Position numbers and translations under genes: made by a program. This document shows positions 13,220 through 22,849 of a stretch of DNA of 64,000 nt, in pieces. Origin of the DNA: Candidatus Eiseniibacteriota bacterium (GTDB taxonomy: Bacteria > Eisenbacteria > RBG-16-71-46 > SZUA-252); NCBI GenBank assembly GCA_963703225.1, contig OY969801.1, positions 1,600,001 to 1,664,000 on the forward strand, read 5' to 3'. The number at the start of each line of letters is the position of its first letter. Within the stretch, counting starts at the first letter, position 1. The notes under the pieces were generated by a model, which ran no database searches, had not been told where the DNA came from, and saw nothing but the letters and a program-made list of their open reading frames with translations.

Positions 13220-13386
13220 CCCAAGAAGGCTACCAAAGCCACCGGGTCTCGTCAATCCGGCCCGCCGAAATGGCCTTGGCCAGCCACCTTCCCCGTGCCT
13301 GGTAGGGCGGCTTTCGCCGTCAAGTCCGCAGCTTTCACCGCCGATGAATTGGTTGAGGCCGGGGGCCTCCCTGGAAAGAAGGCGAT

Positions 13387-13893
13387 ATGGACCACTGCTT
13401 CCGTCCGCCCGGGCAGCTCGCCCTGGCCAAGAGAGCGTTGCTTCTCACCGCCATTCTGACGTTGCTCGACGTGGCGCCCACGCCGAAGTGCGCCCTGGGC
13501 GAGCCCGCGCCGGACCTCCGCACCATCCTCCCCGAGTTCAACCGGATCTGCGCCGATCTGACCCGGGCGCGGGAAGAACTACGCCTCGGCGCGCTCGACG
13601 ACGATTCGTTCGCGGCTCGCGTGCTCGACCTCTTCGTTTGCGCGGACAGCTTAAACGTGCTCGTTCAATCATCGAAGGATGCGGAACGGCGTCTCGGCGG
13701 ATCGATGTTCGCCATGGAGCGGGGACTTCGGTACCTGATCGATTCGCTTCGAGAGAATTACGTGGGGATTGCGGCGCGGAACGGGGTCAGCTTTGTGGCT
13801 GCCGACCGCGCGCTCCAGGCGGCCGTCGCGTGGCGGAGCGGTGTCGGAACGGGCGGCGCGGCCGGGAATGTCGCGGCCGCGGTCCGGCCGTAG
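13387..13893 (+). CDS. Hypothetical, probably exported helical protein
   Basis: ORF fills the gap; GAAGG upstream; hydrophobic N-terminus followed by amphipathic helices. Confidence 0.55.
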   Translation: MDHCFRPPGQLALAKRALLLTAILTLLDVAPTPKCALGEPAPDLRTILPEFNRICADLTRAREELRLGALDDDSFAARVLDLFVCADSLNVLVQSSKDAERRLGGSMFAMERGLRYLIDSLRENYVGIAARNGVSFVAADRALQAAVAWRSGVGTGGAAGNVAAAVRP

Positions 13894-13899
13894 GGGATG

Positions 13900-13972
13900 T
13901 GGAGCTGGCGGGGATCGAACCCGCTACCTCTTGACTGCCAGTCAAGCGCTCTCCCAATTGAGCTACAGCCCC
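13900..13972 (-). tRNA. tRNA-Ala(GGC), CCA not encoded
   Basis: GGGGCTGTAGCTCAATTGGGAGAGCGCTTGACTGGCAGTCAAGAGGTAGCGGGTTCGATCCCCGCCAGCTCCA; cloverleaf with G3-U70. Confidence 0.97.
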
Positions 13973-14017
13973 GTCGATCCGTAAGCCGATGATCTTACCC
14001 GCCTCGTTCGAACCCGG

Positions 14018-14575
14018 TCAACGGCCTTGCCCTCCACGCTCACTTCCTGGATCGAAGTTGCAGCGGGCTGCCCAGCGCTCCGACGTGATCAAGTATCCGA
14101 CCCCGGCGCCGAGGAGAAGGCCGGAAAGCGTATAGACCGGGACGCTCCAGTCGCTCAGGTCCTCGAAGGAATCGCCGCCCTGCTCACTCCCTGCGAGCAG
14201 CGCTCCCAGCCCAAACCCGACCAAGGCTCCAACGAAGGTATGCCGATCGACCCCATCCGGTTCCTCGACCAGGGCGACTCGCGAGACCGAAATTGGCGCC
14301 GGGCCCGCCCGACCGGCCATGGCGAGGAGCAAGGTGGAGTCGCCGCTCAGCCCGGCGAACCGGCCGGTCCAACGCGTCTGGCTCGATTCCCGGAACGTGA
14401 CCCGAAGCTTTGAGTCCGTGATCAAACCCTTCGCGCAGCGCAAGAGCTTCGTCCGGGCCTCGGCCGACGGGGGCGCGCCGGCGGATTGGGCGCGAGAATC
14501 GGTGGAAAAGAGGCATCCGGCGCTCGCGAATGCGCCGATGATGGCGAAGCGGAGGAAGGCCGTCATGGGGTGCAC
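14018..14575 (-). CDS. Hypothetical exported/membrane protein with glycine-zipper-like TM hairpin
   Basis: GGAGG upstream; signal-like start; GALVGFGLGALLAG and GLLLGAGVGYLI segments; ERW near the C-terminus. Confidence 0.6.
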   Translation of the reverse strand: MHPMTAFLRFAIIGAFASAGCLFSTDSRAQSAGAPPSAEARTKLLRCAKGLITDSKLRVTFRESSQTRWTGRFAGLSGDSTLLLAMAGRAGPAPISVSRVALVEEPDGVDRHTFVGALVGFGLGALLAGSEQGGDSFEDLSDWSVPVYTLSGLLLGAGVGYLITSERWAARCNFDPGSERGGQGR

Positions 14576-14635
14576 CTCCGGATTGCCTCACAACGGAAGC
14601 TTGACCGTGCTCGACCTCGGACCGAGACTGCGCGG

Positions 14636-16090
14636 ATGATCGACAGCATTGAAACACAGCCCTTCCGGGGACGCCGCTACCACTTTAGCGGCGTCGGCGG
14701 GAGCGGAATGACCCCGCTCGCGATCCTCGCCGCGTCGCTCGGGGCCGAGGTTTCCGGATCGGATCGAAACCTGGACCGCGGCCTCGCGCTTCCCTCCTTC
14801 GACGCGCTGCGGAGGGCCGGCGTGCGGCTCCTGCCCCAGGACGGGAGCGGGGTGACCCCGGAACTTCGGGCGTTCATCCACTCCACGGCTGTCGAAGCGG
14901 CGAATCCCGACTTCCGCCGCGCCGCGGAGCTGGGCGTCGCGAGCATCCGGCGCGGGTCCTTCCTCGCGGGGATCGCCAGCACCCGGCGCGCGATCGCGAT
15001 CGCGGGAACGAGCGGGAAGTCGACGGTCACCGCCATGACGGCCCACATCCTGGTCGAGTCGGGACTGGACCCCACCTTCCTGGGAGGCGGCCCCGCCGTG
15101 GACCTGGAAGGCGCGGTCGCCCCGGGCAGCTTGCGCGTGGGACGGACCGAGTGGTTCGTCGTGGAGACCGACGAGAGCGATGGGAGCGTCGCCGAGTTCG
15201 CCCCCGCGATCGCCGTCCTCACGAACCTGAGCCGCGACCACAAGGAGATCGACGAAACCGCTCGGGCGTTCGAGGCGCTGCTCGCGAAGACCCGAGAGCG
15301 GGCGGTGATCCACGTCGGCGATCCGGTGCTGGAGCGGGTCACCTGCCCTGAGGCGCTCCCCCGATTGAACGTCGCGGTGGCGGGGGCGTTGACCTGGGCC
15401 AAGCCCGATCTGCTCGCGACTTCGATTCGGCTCGGAAGCGATTCCGCGCGGTTTGAAGTCGACGGCGTTCCAGTGACCGTCCCCTTCCCGGGCGGCATCA
15501 CGGTCGAGAACGCGCTCTTCTCCATCGCCGCGGCGGTCGCCGCGGGCGTCCCCCTTCCACGGGCCGCCGAAGCCCTCTCGTCGTTCCGGGGCGTACGCCG
15601 GCGATTGGAGCGGGTTGGCGAGGCGGGCGGAGTCGACGTCTTCGACGATTTCGGCCACAACCCCGTCAAGATCGCCGCCGCGCTGGAGGCGCTCCGCCCG
15701 GTGGGATCGCTCTGGATCTACTACCAGCCCCACGGCTATGGCCCCACGCGCTTCTTCCGCGAGCAGCTCGTGGAGACGTTTCGGGCGGGTCTTGGCCGCG
15801 ACGATCATCTCCTCCTCGCGCCGATCTACGATGCCGGCGGCACGGCCGACCGCTCGATCCGATCCGAGGAGCTTGTCGAGGAGCTGCGGCGCGCGGGGGT
15901 CGACGCGCGGCTTGCCGCGACGAGGGCCAACGCCGCGCAGGCGATCGCCGAGGGAGTTCGCCCGCGCGACCGGGCCGTGGTCATGGGGGCTCGGGACGAC
16001 ACCCTGCCCTCCTTTGCCCGCGACGTGCTCGCCGCGATCGAGGAGCGCTCGGGGATGCCCGCTACTCCGGCTAGCCGACCAGCTCGGTGA
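14636..16090 (+). CDS. Mur ligase family protein (MurC/Mpl-like)
   Basis: HFSGVGGSGM, VSGSDR, AIAGTSGKSTVT, VETDESDG, GVRRRLE, DDFGHNP, YQPHGY. Confidence 0.88.
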   Translation: MIDSIETQPFRGRRYHFSGVGGSGMTPLAILAASLGAEVSGSDRNLDRGLALPSFDALRRAGVRLLPQDGSGVTPELRAFIHSTAVEAANPDFRRAAELGVASIRRGSFLAGIASTRRAIAIAGTSGKSTVTAMTAHILVESGLDPTFLGGGPAVDLEGAVAPGSLRVGRTEWFVVETDESDGSVAEFAPAIAVLTNLSRDHKEIDETARAFEALLAKTRERAVIHVGDPVLERVTCPEALPRLNVAVAGALTWAKPDLLATSIRLGSDSARFEVDGVPVTVPFPGGITVENALFSIAAAVAAGVPLPRAAEALSSFRGVRRRLERVGEAGGVDVFDDFGHNPVKIAAALEALRPVGSLWIYYQPHGYGPTRFFREQLVETFRAGLGRDDHLLLAPIYDAGGTADRSIRSEELVEELRRAGVDARLAATRANAAQAIAEGVRPRDRAVVMGARDDTLPSFARDVLAAIEERSGMPATPASRPAR

Positions 16091-17622
16091 CCACCTTGCC
16101 CTGGAGGAAGAGCCCCAGGTAATCCCGCCCGCCCGCCTTGGAATCGGTCCCGCTCATGTTGAACCCGCCGAACGGATGGATCCCGACCAAAGCCCCGGTG
16201 CACTTGCGGTTGATATAGAGGTTCCCCACGTGGAGCCGGCGTTTGGCCTCCACGACCTTGGCGCGATCGCGGGAATAGTAGGCGCCGGTCAATCCGTAGA
16301 TCGTCCCATTGGCGATCGCGATTTCCTCTTCGAACGATCCGGCCGGGATCACCGCCAAGACCGGGCCGAAGATTTCTTCCTGCGCGATCCGCGCGCTCGG
16401 CTTTACGTCGGCCACGATCGTCGGCTTGAGAAAGTAGCCCGGGCCGGAGTGCTTCCCGCCGCCCGCCGCCACCCGGCCTTCCTTCGCTCCCACTTCCATG
16501 TAGCCCAGGATCGTCTTCTCCGCCCGCGCGCTCACCACCGGGCCGAGGAAATTCTCCCTCTTCTCCGTGGGACCGACCGTCATGGCGTTGGTCTTGACGA
16601 CGAGCTTCTCCAAGAATTCGCCGTAGAGGCTCTTGTGGACGATGGCGCGCGAACAGGCGGAGCACTTCTGCCCCTGAAATCCGAACGCGCCCGCGAAGAC
16701 CCCGTTCACGGCGGCCTCGAGATCGGCGCCCTCGTCGACGATCGTGAAGTCCTTCCCGCCCATCTCGAGGATCGCCCGCTTGATCCAGATCTGCCCCTTC
16801 TGAACCTTGGCCGCCTTCTCGCTGATCCCCACCCCCACTTCCATCGATCCCGTGAACGCCACGAACCGGACGTTGGGATGCTCCACCAGCGCGTCGCCCG
16901 ATCGCCCCGCCCGGACCGCTCAGGAAATTCACGACGCCCGGGGGTGCTCCCGCCTCTTCGAAGATCTCGAAAATCTTCCACGCGGTAAGGGGGGAATCGC
17001 TGCTCGGCTTGAGGATGGCCGCGTTGCCCGCGACGATCGTCGCGGCGGTCATCCCCATCGCGATGGCGCAGGGGAAATTCCAGGGCGGGATCACCACGCC
17101 CACCCCGAGCGGGATGTACTCGAAGACGTTGTTCTCGCCCGGATACGGGGTGATCGGCTGGCGGCCGCCGTAGCGGATCATCTCGCGGGCGTAGAACTCG
17201 CAGAAGTCGATCGCCTCCGCGGTGTCGCCGTCCGCTTCGGGCCAGCTCTTCCCCACCTCCATCACCATCGTCGCGCTCATCTCATGGCGCCGCCGGCGAA
17301 GAATCCCCGCCGCGCGGAGCACCACGTTGGCGCGCTCCTCGGCAGGCATCCAGCGCCACGACTCAAACGCCTTGGCCGCGGCGTCGACCGCCTGGCCGAC
17401 GTGCTCGACACCCGCCTTGGAAAAGTTGCCGACGCACTCCGACGGGTTGGCGGGGTTCGCGCTCTGGAAGGTGTCCTGGGTCTGGATCCGCTTCCCGCCA
17501 ATGACGAGCGGATACGTGTTCCCGAAGCGGGAGCGGACTTCTTGGAGCGCGCTCTTCATCCCGGCTTCGTGCTCGGGACGCGAGTAATCGAGCATGGAGG
17601 TGCTCGTATATTCCGGGAGCAT
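16071..17622 (-). CDS. pruA: L-glutamate gamma-semialdehyde (P5C) dehydrogenase, one frameshift near 16898
   Basis: AEAIDFCEFYAR, PPWNFP, FTGSMEVG, EMGGKD, FQGQKCSACSR, EEIFGPV, GNLYINRKCTGA. An extra G in ATCGGGCGACGCG splits ORFs 15826-18132 and 16071-16886. Confidence 0.92.
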
Positions 17623-17673
17623 CGACTTCTCCTTGTGGGAACGAGACGAGAGTTGACTATACTGCGCGCCATC

Positions 17674-18423
17674 ATGATATCCGCTTACCTGACCGCTGTC
17701 ATCCCGGCCCTCGTGCTCCCCTGGATCCTCCTCTTGCTCCGCAACCAGGCGCTCTTTGCGGTCGTGCCGGTGGTGCCGATCGCCGTCGTTTACGCGCGCC
17801 TCATTCGGGAGCAGAAGCCCCAGGCGGCGCTCTCGGTTTCGCTCCTCTGGGCGCTGGCGCTTTCCATCTCCACGATCGCGGCCAGCGCCATCTTTCCGGA
17901 GGCGGCGGCCAAGTCCATCTGGCACGCGGGCGCCTATCGCGATGAGATGCTGCGGTGGATCGCCACGGGAAGGGGCGCCGAGGGAAGCATCCGGCTCTTC
18001 CTCCCCCGCGTGCTCGTGGAGTACGCGCTGGTCCTGGGCCTCTCCGCCATCTCGGTCGGCGCGGCGGCGCTCTTCCTCGGCGGGCTCCTCCTCGGCTACA
18101 TGAACGGATACGTCGGCTGGGTCGTCTCGCACGCCGATCCCTCGACCATGCCGATCATCACCGCGGCCACGGCCTGGCCGCCGTGGTCGGTCTGCCGTGT
18201 CGTCTCGTTCGTCCTCGCCGGGACCGCGGCCGCGCTCTGGGGCTACCCGCGGATCTTCGCGCGCGGCACGGCGCCCGTGCCGGTGAGGCGCTACCTCGTT
18301 GCCTCGCTGGCGCTCCTCATCGCCGACATCGGCCTCAAGTGGTGGCTCGCGCCGATCTGGCGGGATCTGCTACGGGGACTGCTCGGCGCCAGCGCCGGTA
18401 TCGAGGCGGGCGGGACCGGCTGA
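17674..18423 (+). CDS. Hypothetical polytopic membrane protein (possibly SpoIIM/DUF95-like)
   Basis: About 6 hydrophobic segments; YRDEMLRWIATG and GYMNGYVG motifs; TATACT -10-like element at about 17658. Confidence 0.65.
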   Translation: MISAYLTAVIPALVLPWILLLLRNQALFAVVPVVPIAVVYARLIREQKPQAALSVSLLWALALSISTIAASAIFPEAAAKSIWHAGAYRDEMLRWIATGRGAEGSIRLFLPRVLVEYALVLGLSAISVGAAALFLGGLLLGYMNGYVGWVVSHADPSTMPIITAATAWPPWSVCRVVSFVLAGTAAALWGYPRIFARGTAPVPVRRYLVASLALLIADIGLKWWLAPIWRDLLRGLLGASAGIEAGGTG

Positions 18424-18610
18424 CCCGTGCCGGCCTGACCGGCGCGGGGGCGCCACCCGAACCGGGACGGTTCGAGGCCCTCCCAGGGCACGGATCGTGC
18501 AGGCTTCCCGAGGGGGTCGGGCCCTCACCACACATTCCCAAGGCTTTGAGAGCCGGCATTGCGAACCGCGATGGAGGTCGAATTGCGGGTCGCACGCCCG
18601 GACAATTCCT

Positions 18611-18952
18611 ATGGCCATGGATCGTCATGAGAAGGGCATCGAGAAAGCTCCCGATCGCCTCGATCAGCCCCTGCCCGAGTGGGCAGGCGGCTACGGAGGC
18701 GATCCGCGGCGCCTTCCCAAGGTCGTCCAGAAGCTGCTGGCCGGCAGGGTCCTCACCGCCGAGGAGAAGGCCGAGCTGCTCTGGAAATTCTTCGAAATGG
18801 ACCAGCGGGCCAGAGCCCGCGCGGCGAAGGATCGGAAGATCCTTGCGGTCCTCCTCCTCCTGATCGTCGTCGCCTATGTCGGCGTCTACCACCACGGTTG
18901 GATTGCCGACCGCGTCATGGCCTGGCTCAGCCCACCCGCCTCGCCGGGATAG
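18611..18952 (+). CDS. Hypothetical protein with C-terminal TM helix
   Basis: Coding-like composition; ILAVLLLLIVVAYVGV segment. Confidence 0.55.
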   Translation: MAMDRHEKGIEKAPDRLDQPLPEWAGGYGGDPRRLPKVVQKLLAGRVLTAEEKAELLWKFFEMDQRARARAAKDRKILAVLLLLIVVAYVGVYHHGWIADRVMAWLSPPASPG

Positions 18953-18990
18953 CCCCCCCTTCGCCGAAACCGCCGGAGCCCCGGTAGCGG

Positions 18991-18996
18991 TATAAT
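18991..18996 (+). promoter_or_regulatory. Sigma70 -10 element upstream of lepB
   Basis: Perfect TATAAT about 45 bp before the ATG, in a GC-rich background. Confidence 0.5.
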
Positions 18997-19039
18997 CCCC
19001 ATGAGGGGATTTTTGCACCGCACCCAGGAGGTGGATCGG

Positions 19040-19717
19040 ATGGCATCGCGCAGTTCCAAGCCAAAGAAGCCCCGGGCCTCGGAGAGCACCGCACGGGAAT
19101 CGACACTCAAAGAGTGGGTCTGGGCGATCGTATTCAGCGTTCTCTTTGTCGTCACGTTCCGTGGGGTCGTCGCCCAGGCGTACCAGATACCGACCGGCTC
19201 CATGGAGCAGACGCTCCTCGTCGGCGACTACCTCTTCATCAACAAGATGCTCTACGGCTCCGAGATCGATCTCGGGGTCAAGGGGCACCGGTTCTTCTAC
19301 TACCGCTTCCCCGGCTTCCGCCAGCCCGCGCGCGGAGACATCATCGTCTTCCGGTATCCTGAGAATCCGCGGCAGGACTTCATCAAGCGGTGCGTCGCCG
19401 TGGGTGGGCAAACGGTGGAGGTCCGGAACAAGGTGCTCTACGTGAACGGCGTGGCCCAGGTGGAGCCCTACGTCACCCACATCGACCCGCGCACGCTGCC
19501 AGCGGAGGTGAGCCGCCGGGACTTCTTCGGCCCCATTACCGTCCCCAATGGATTCATCTTCATGATGGGCGACAACCGGGACAACAGCCACGACAGCCGC
19601 TTCTGGGGCCCCCTCGCGATCGGACTCATCAAGGGCAAGGCCGCGGTCCGCTACTTCTCATGGGACGGCGAGCACCATTCGATCCGCTTCAACCGCATGT
19701 TCCAGGGGATTGGTTAA
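19040..19717 (+). CDS. lepB: Signal peptidase I
   Basis: IPTGSMEQTL (Ser), FIKRCV (Lys), MGDNRDNSHDSRFWG. Confidence 0.96.
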   Translation: MASRSSKPKKPRASESTARESTLKEWVWAIVFSVLFVVTFRGVVAQAYQIPTGSMEQTLLVGDYLFINKMLYGSEIDLGVKGHRFFYYRFPGFRQPARGDIIVFRYPENPRQDFIKRCVAVGGQTVEVRNKVLYVNGVAQVEPYVTHIDPRTLPAEVSRRDFFGPITVPNGFIFMMGDNRDNSHDSRFWGPLAIGLIKGKAAVRYFSWDGEHHSIRFNRMFQGIG

Positions 19718-19747
19718 GCGCCACCCGAGCCCAAGGAGGGCCTCTCC

Positions 19748-19951
19748 ATGTCCGTCGCACGAGTGACCGAGATCATCGCCTCGTCCACCAAGAGCTTCGA
19801 TGACGCCGTTCGCATCGGCATCGACCGTGCGAACCAGACCTTGGAGAACGTGAAGGGCGCGTGGATCCAGGATCAGAAGCTGAAGATCGAAGGCGGAAAG
19901 ATCGTGCAATACCGCGTGAACTTGAAGGTGACGTTCGTCCTCAAGGGGTAG
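19748..19951 (+). CDS. Dodecin family flavin-binding protein
   Basis: 67 aa; SSTKSFDDAV...YRVNLKVTF; AGGAGG RBS. Confidence 0.9.
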   Translation: MSVARVTEIIASSTKSFDDAVRIGIDRANQTLENVKGAWIQDQKLKIEGGKIVQYRVNLKVTFVLKG

Positions 19952-20069
19952 CCAGGGCGGACTCGCGCTAAAGACTTTGGCCAGAGTGCCGATCGATACC
20001 TGGTAAGCTGTCTCGATGCGGGTACCCTCCTGGAAGTGTGGGACCCTGCAACCCAGCGGAGATCTCCAC

Positions 20070-21305
20070 ATGCCCATTCCAGCCATAGGGACCCGTTCGA
20101 TGCTGTGGGGGCTCGTCGCGATCCTCCTTCTGCTTGGCTTCCCCTCGCTCTGCTCGGCCGCGACCCGTCTTGTCGGCCCCGGCAAGACATACCAGACCGT
20201 CCGCGCGGCGGCGCAGGCCGCGCAGAACGGAGACACGGTGCTCGTCGACGCGGGCATCTACAGCGCGGACGTCACCTCCTGGAACGCGAACGACCTGGTC
20301 GTCCGGGGAGTGGGTGGGCGAGCCCATCTGCGCGCCGACGGCGCCGATGAGGGCGGCAAGGGTATCTGGGTCGTCTACGGGACCAACTTCACCGCGGAGA
20401 ACATCGAGTTCTCCGGCGTCTCCGTCAACGACCAGAACGGCGCCGGAATCCGAAAGGACAGCCCGGGGAACCTGATCGTTCGCAACTGCTACTTCCACGA
20501 CAACGAGGAAGGCATATTGGGCTCGGCCGACTCGATGCTGATCGAGTACAGCATCTTCGATCACAACGGCTACGGCGACGGCCAGTCCCACAACATGTAC
20601 ATCTGGGGGCGATCGGTCACGGTCCGGTACTGCTACACGCATCGGGCGGTGATCGGACACAACATCAAAACGCGGGGACTGAACAACTACATCCTCTATA
20701 ACCGGATCATGGACGAATCCGACGGGACGGCGAGCTACGCCATCGATATCCCCGACGCCGGCAGGGCCTACGTCATCGGAAACGTCATCGAGCAGGGAGA
20801 GAACACGGACAACCCCGCGCTGGTGGCCTACGCGGCCGAGAGCACGAAGAACGGGGTCCTCGACCTCTACGTCATCAACAACACCATGGTGAACAACCGA
20901 ACGTCCGGGGGAACCTTCGTCCAGATCCGGTCCGGCATCAACGCGCGGATAACGAACAACATCTTCTATGGGCCGGGCACCCCGTGGTCGAGCGGCGCGA
21001 TCGTGATGGGCAGCAACAACTACGTCGAGCCGAACTACGGCAACGCTCCCGGATTCGCCAATACGGCGACATTCGACTACCACCTGACGGCCGCTTCCCC
21101 CAGCACGATCGTCAACGCCGGCGCGGCGCCGGGCCTCTCCTCCACCGGCTACAACCTCACGCCGACCGGGCAGTATGTCTACGACATACAGGGGATGACG
21201 CGGCCCCAATCGGGCGTGATCGACATCGGCGCGTTTGAGTACACCGGCGGAGGATCGCAGGACACCACCGCACCGAGCGCGGTACAGGACCTCAGGCCCC
21301 AGTAG
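20070..21305 (+). CDS. Secreted right-handed parallel beta-helix protein
   Basis: Signal peptide; NGAGIR, NCYFHDNEEGIL, GQSHNMYI, GHNIKTRG, NNTMVNN, IDIGAFEY. Confidence 0.85.
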   Translation: MPIPAIGTRSMLWGLVAILLLLGFPSLCSAATRLVGPGKTYQTVRAAAQAAQNGDTVLVDAGIYSADVTSWNANDLVVRGVGGRAHLRADGADEGGKGIWVVYGTNFTAENIEFSGVSVNDQNGAGIRKDSPGNLIVRNCYFHDNEEGILGSADSMLIEYSIFDHNGYGDGQSHNMYIWGRSVTVRYCYTHRAVIGHNIKTRGLNNYILYNRIMDESDGTASYAIDIPDAGRAYVIGNVIEQGENTDNPALVAYAAESTKNGVLDLYVINNTMVNNRTSGGTFVQIRSGINARITNNIFYGPGTPWSSGAIVMGSNNYVEPNYGNAPGFANTATFDYHLTAASPSTIVNAGAAPGLSSTGYNLTPTGQYVYDIQGMTRPQSGVIDIGAFEYTGGGSQDTTAPSAVQDLRPQ

Positions 21306-21350
21306 AACCCTCCAGCGGACCGGTGACTGGCCCGCGGCAGCTCGAAAATC

Positions 21351-21989
21351 TCAATCGCCCTCCGAACGGGATCTGATAGAGGCGGCGTGGGCCACGGTCG
21401 GGGCGTCGGGCGCATCCGCCGCTCCGCCCGGCCGCAGCCAGCGGGGCGATAGAACCGGAGTCAGGCTTCCGTTCCGGAGCCTCGCGTAGAGGACGATCGC
21501 ACCGATTCCAACCAGCACCGCGGCGGCCCCGACAATCCCCGCCTCGGGGCCGTAGGCCGCGCCGGTCAAGAGCGACGGACCTTGGGCCATCGTCCGGATC
21601 ACGCTCGCCGACTCGAGATCGCCGCTCACCGGGAACCCATAGATCGCGCCCTCGAAGCCGAACCCGAATTCCTCGAGGGACCGGAGGTTGGGCCGCCAGC
21701 CGAGATCCGAAATGGGGCGACGGTCCAGAAGCCGGGCGGTCACAAACACGCTGATCAGCACAGCCAGGGTAAGGAGCGGTCCCACGATCATGTTGATCAC
21801 ATGATCGAACGAAGGTTGGGACATTCCCGGAAACGCCGCGCCACGTTTGTAGGCCGCGGAGATGGGGTCCGCGATGAAGCGGACGGGAAGAAGGAAGAGT
21901 CCTAGGCTAAGAGCGGCTTGAGCGGCGATCCGGAGGAGCGTTCGGGGACGTCGTTCGTTGGGATTCCAGAACAGCCCGATGACCCGCAT
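21351..21989 (-). pseudogene. CPBP/Abi (CAAX) protease homolog with the central catalytic region missing
   Basis: N-terminal RLLDRRPISDLG is joined almost directly to C-terminal GAIYGFPVSG...LTGAAYGPEAG. No EExxxR, FxxxH or HxxxN motifs. Confidence 0.6.
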
Positions 21990-22150
21990 GCGGGGGTTTA
22001 CGCGGGCCCGGCGAAGAAGGTTTCAGGCCTACCACTTCCGTCTACCCTATGCCCCTCCCGCCGGAGCATTGAAGCAGTCTCCCTCGTGACGATAGGTTAC
22101 GCGGGTTCCGGAGGCTGGACCTACGCCGAGGCCCCCACACGATTCCCCCC

Positions 22151-22849
22151 ATGGAGTTCTCCGTGGCCCACTGGCTTCCAGTTGCGGCCTCCACGTTCGC
22201 GCCCGAGGTCGACCGGTTGATCCTGTTCATAACGGTAATCGTCGGCGTGTGGTTCGTCGCCGCAGAGGCCGTGCTTTTCTACCTGATCTTCAGGTATCGC
22301 CGGCGCAAGGGCCGCGGAGCCGAGTACGTCGCGGGTTCCAGCCGTGCGCAAATGGCTTGGGTGCTCGTTCCCTGCGTGGCCATTCTCTGCTTCGACCTGG
22401 CGATCGACTCCGCCAGCGGCCGCGTGTGGGACTTTGTGAAACAGACCCATCCTCGAGCTGAACTCACCATCCGGGTGCAGGCGCGCCAGTGGGCGTGGAT
22501 CATGACGCATCCGGGACCTGACGGAGTGCTCGACACCGCCGACGACATCGTCACGCTCAACGAGATCCACGTTCCCGCCAACGCGGTCGTTCAGTTTGAG
22601 CTGAAATCGATGGACACGCTCCACTCGCTGTGGGTTCCGGAGTTCCGGCTAAAGCAGGACGCGGTTCCTGGAAGAACCTTTCGCGGCTGGTTTCAGGCCA
22701 CACGCCCTGGCCAATACCCGGTCCTTTGCGCCCAACTGTGCGGTACCGCCCACGGCCTCATGAAGGGGATGGTCCTGGTGGATCCCCCCGGCGACTACCA
22801 GAGCTGGCTTGCAGGCCAGGCGCACCCCAAGGAGAACAAGGGTTCATGA
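22151..22849 (+). CDS. coxB: Cytochrome c oxidase subunit II (CuA)
   Basis: Two TM helices, QWAW, DTLHSLW, KQDAVPG, CAQLCGTAHGLM. Confidence 0.93.
   Translation: MEFSVAHWLPVAASTFAPEVDRLILFITVIVGVWFVAAEAVLFYLIFRYRRRKGRGAEYVAGSSRAQMAWVLVPCVAILCFDLAIDSASGRVWDFVKQTHPRAELTIRVQARQWAWIMTHPGPDGVLDTADDIVTLNEIHVPANAVVQFELKSMDTLHSLWVPEFRLKQDAVPGRTFRGWFQATRPGQYPVLCAQLCGTAHGLMKGMVLVDPPGDYQSWLAGQAHPKENKGS

Noticed and set aside
22727..22762. CuA motif with Gln (CAQLCG) instead of Glu
   Set aside because: That residue ligates Cu through its backbone carbonyl and this variant is known; Cys, His and Met ligands are intact.
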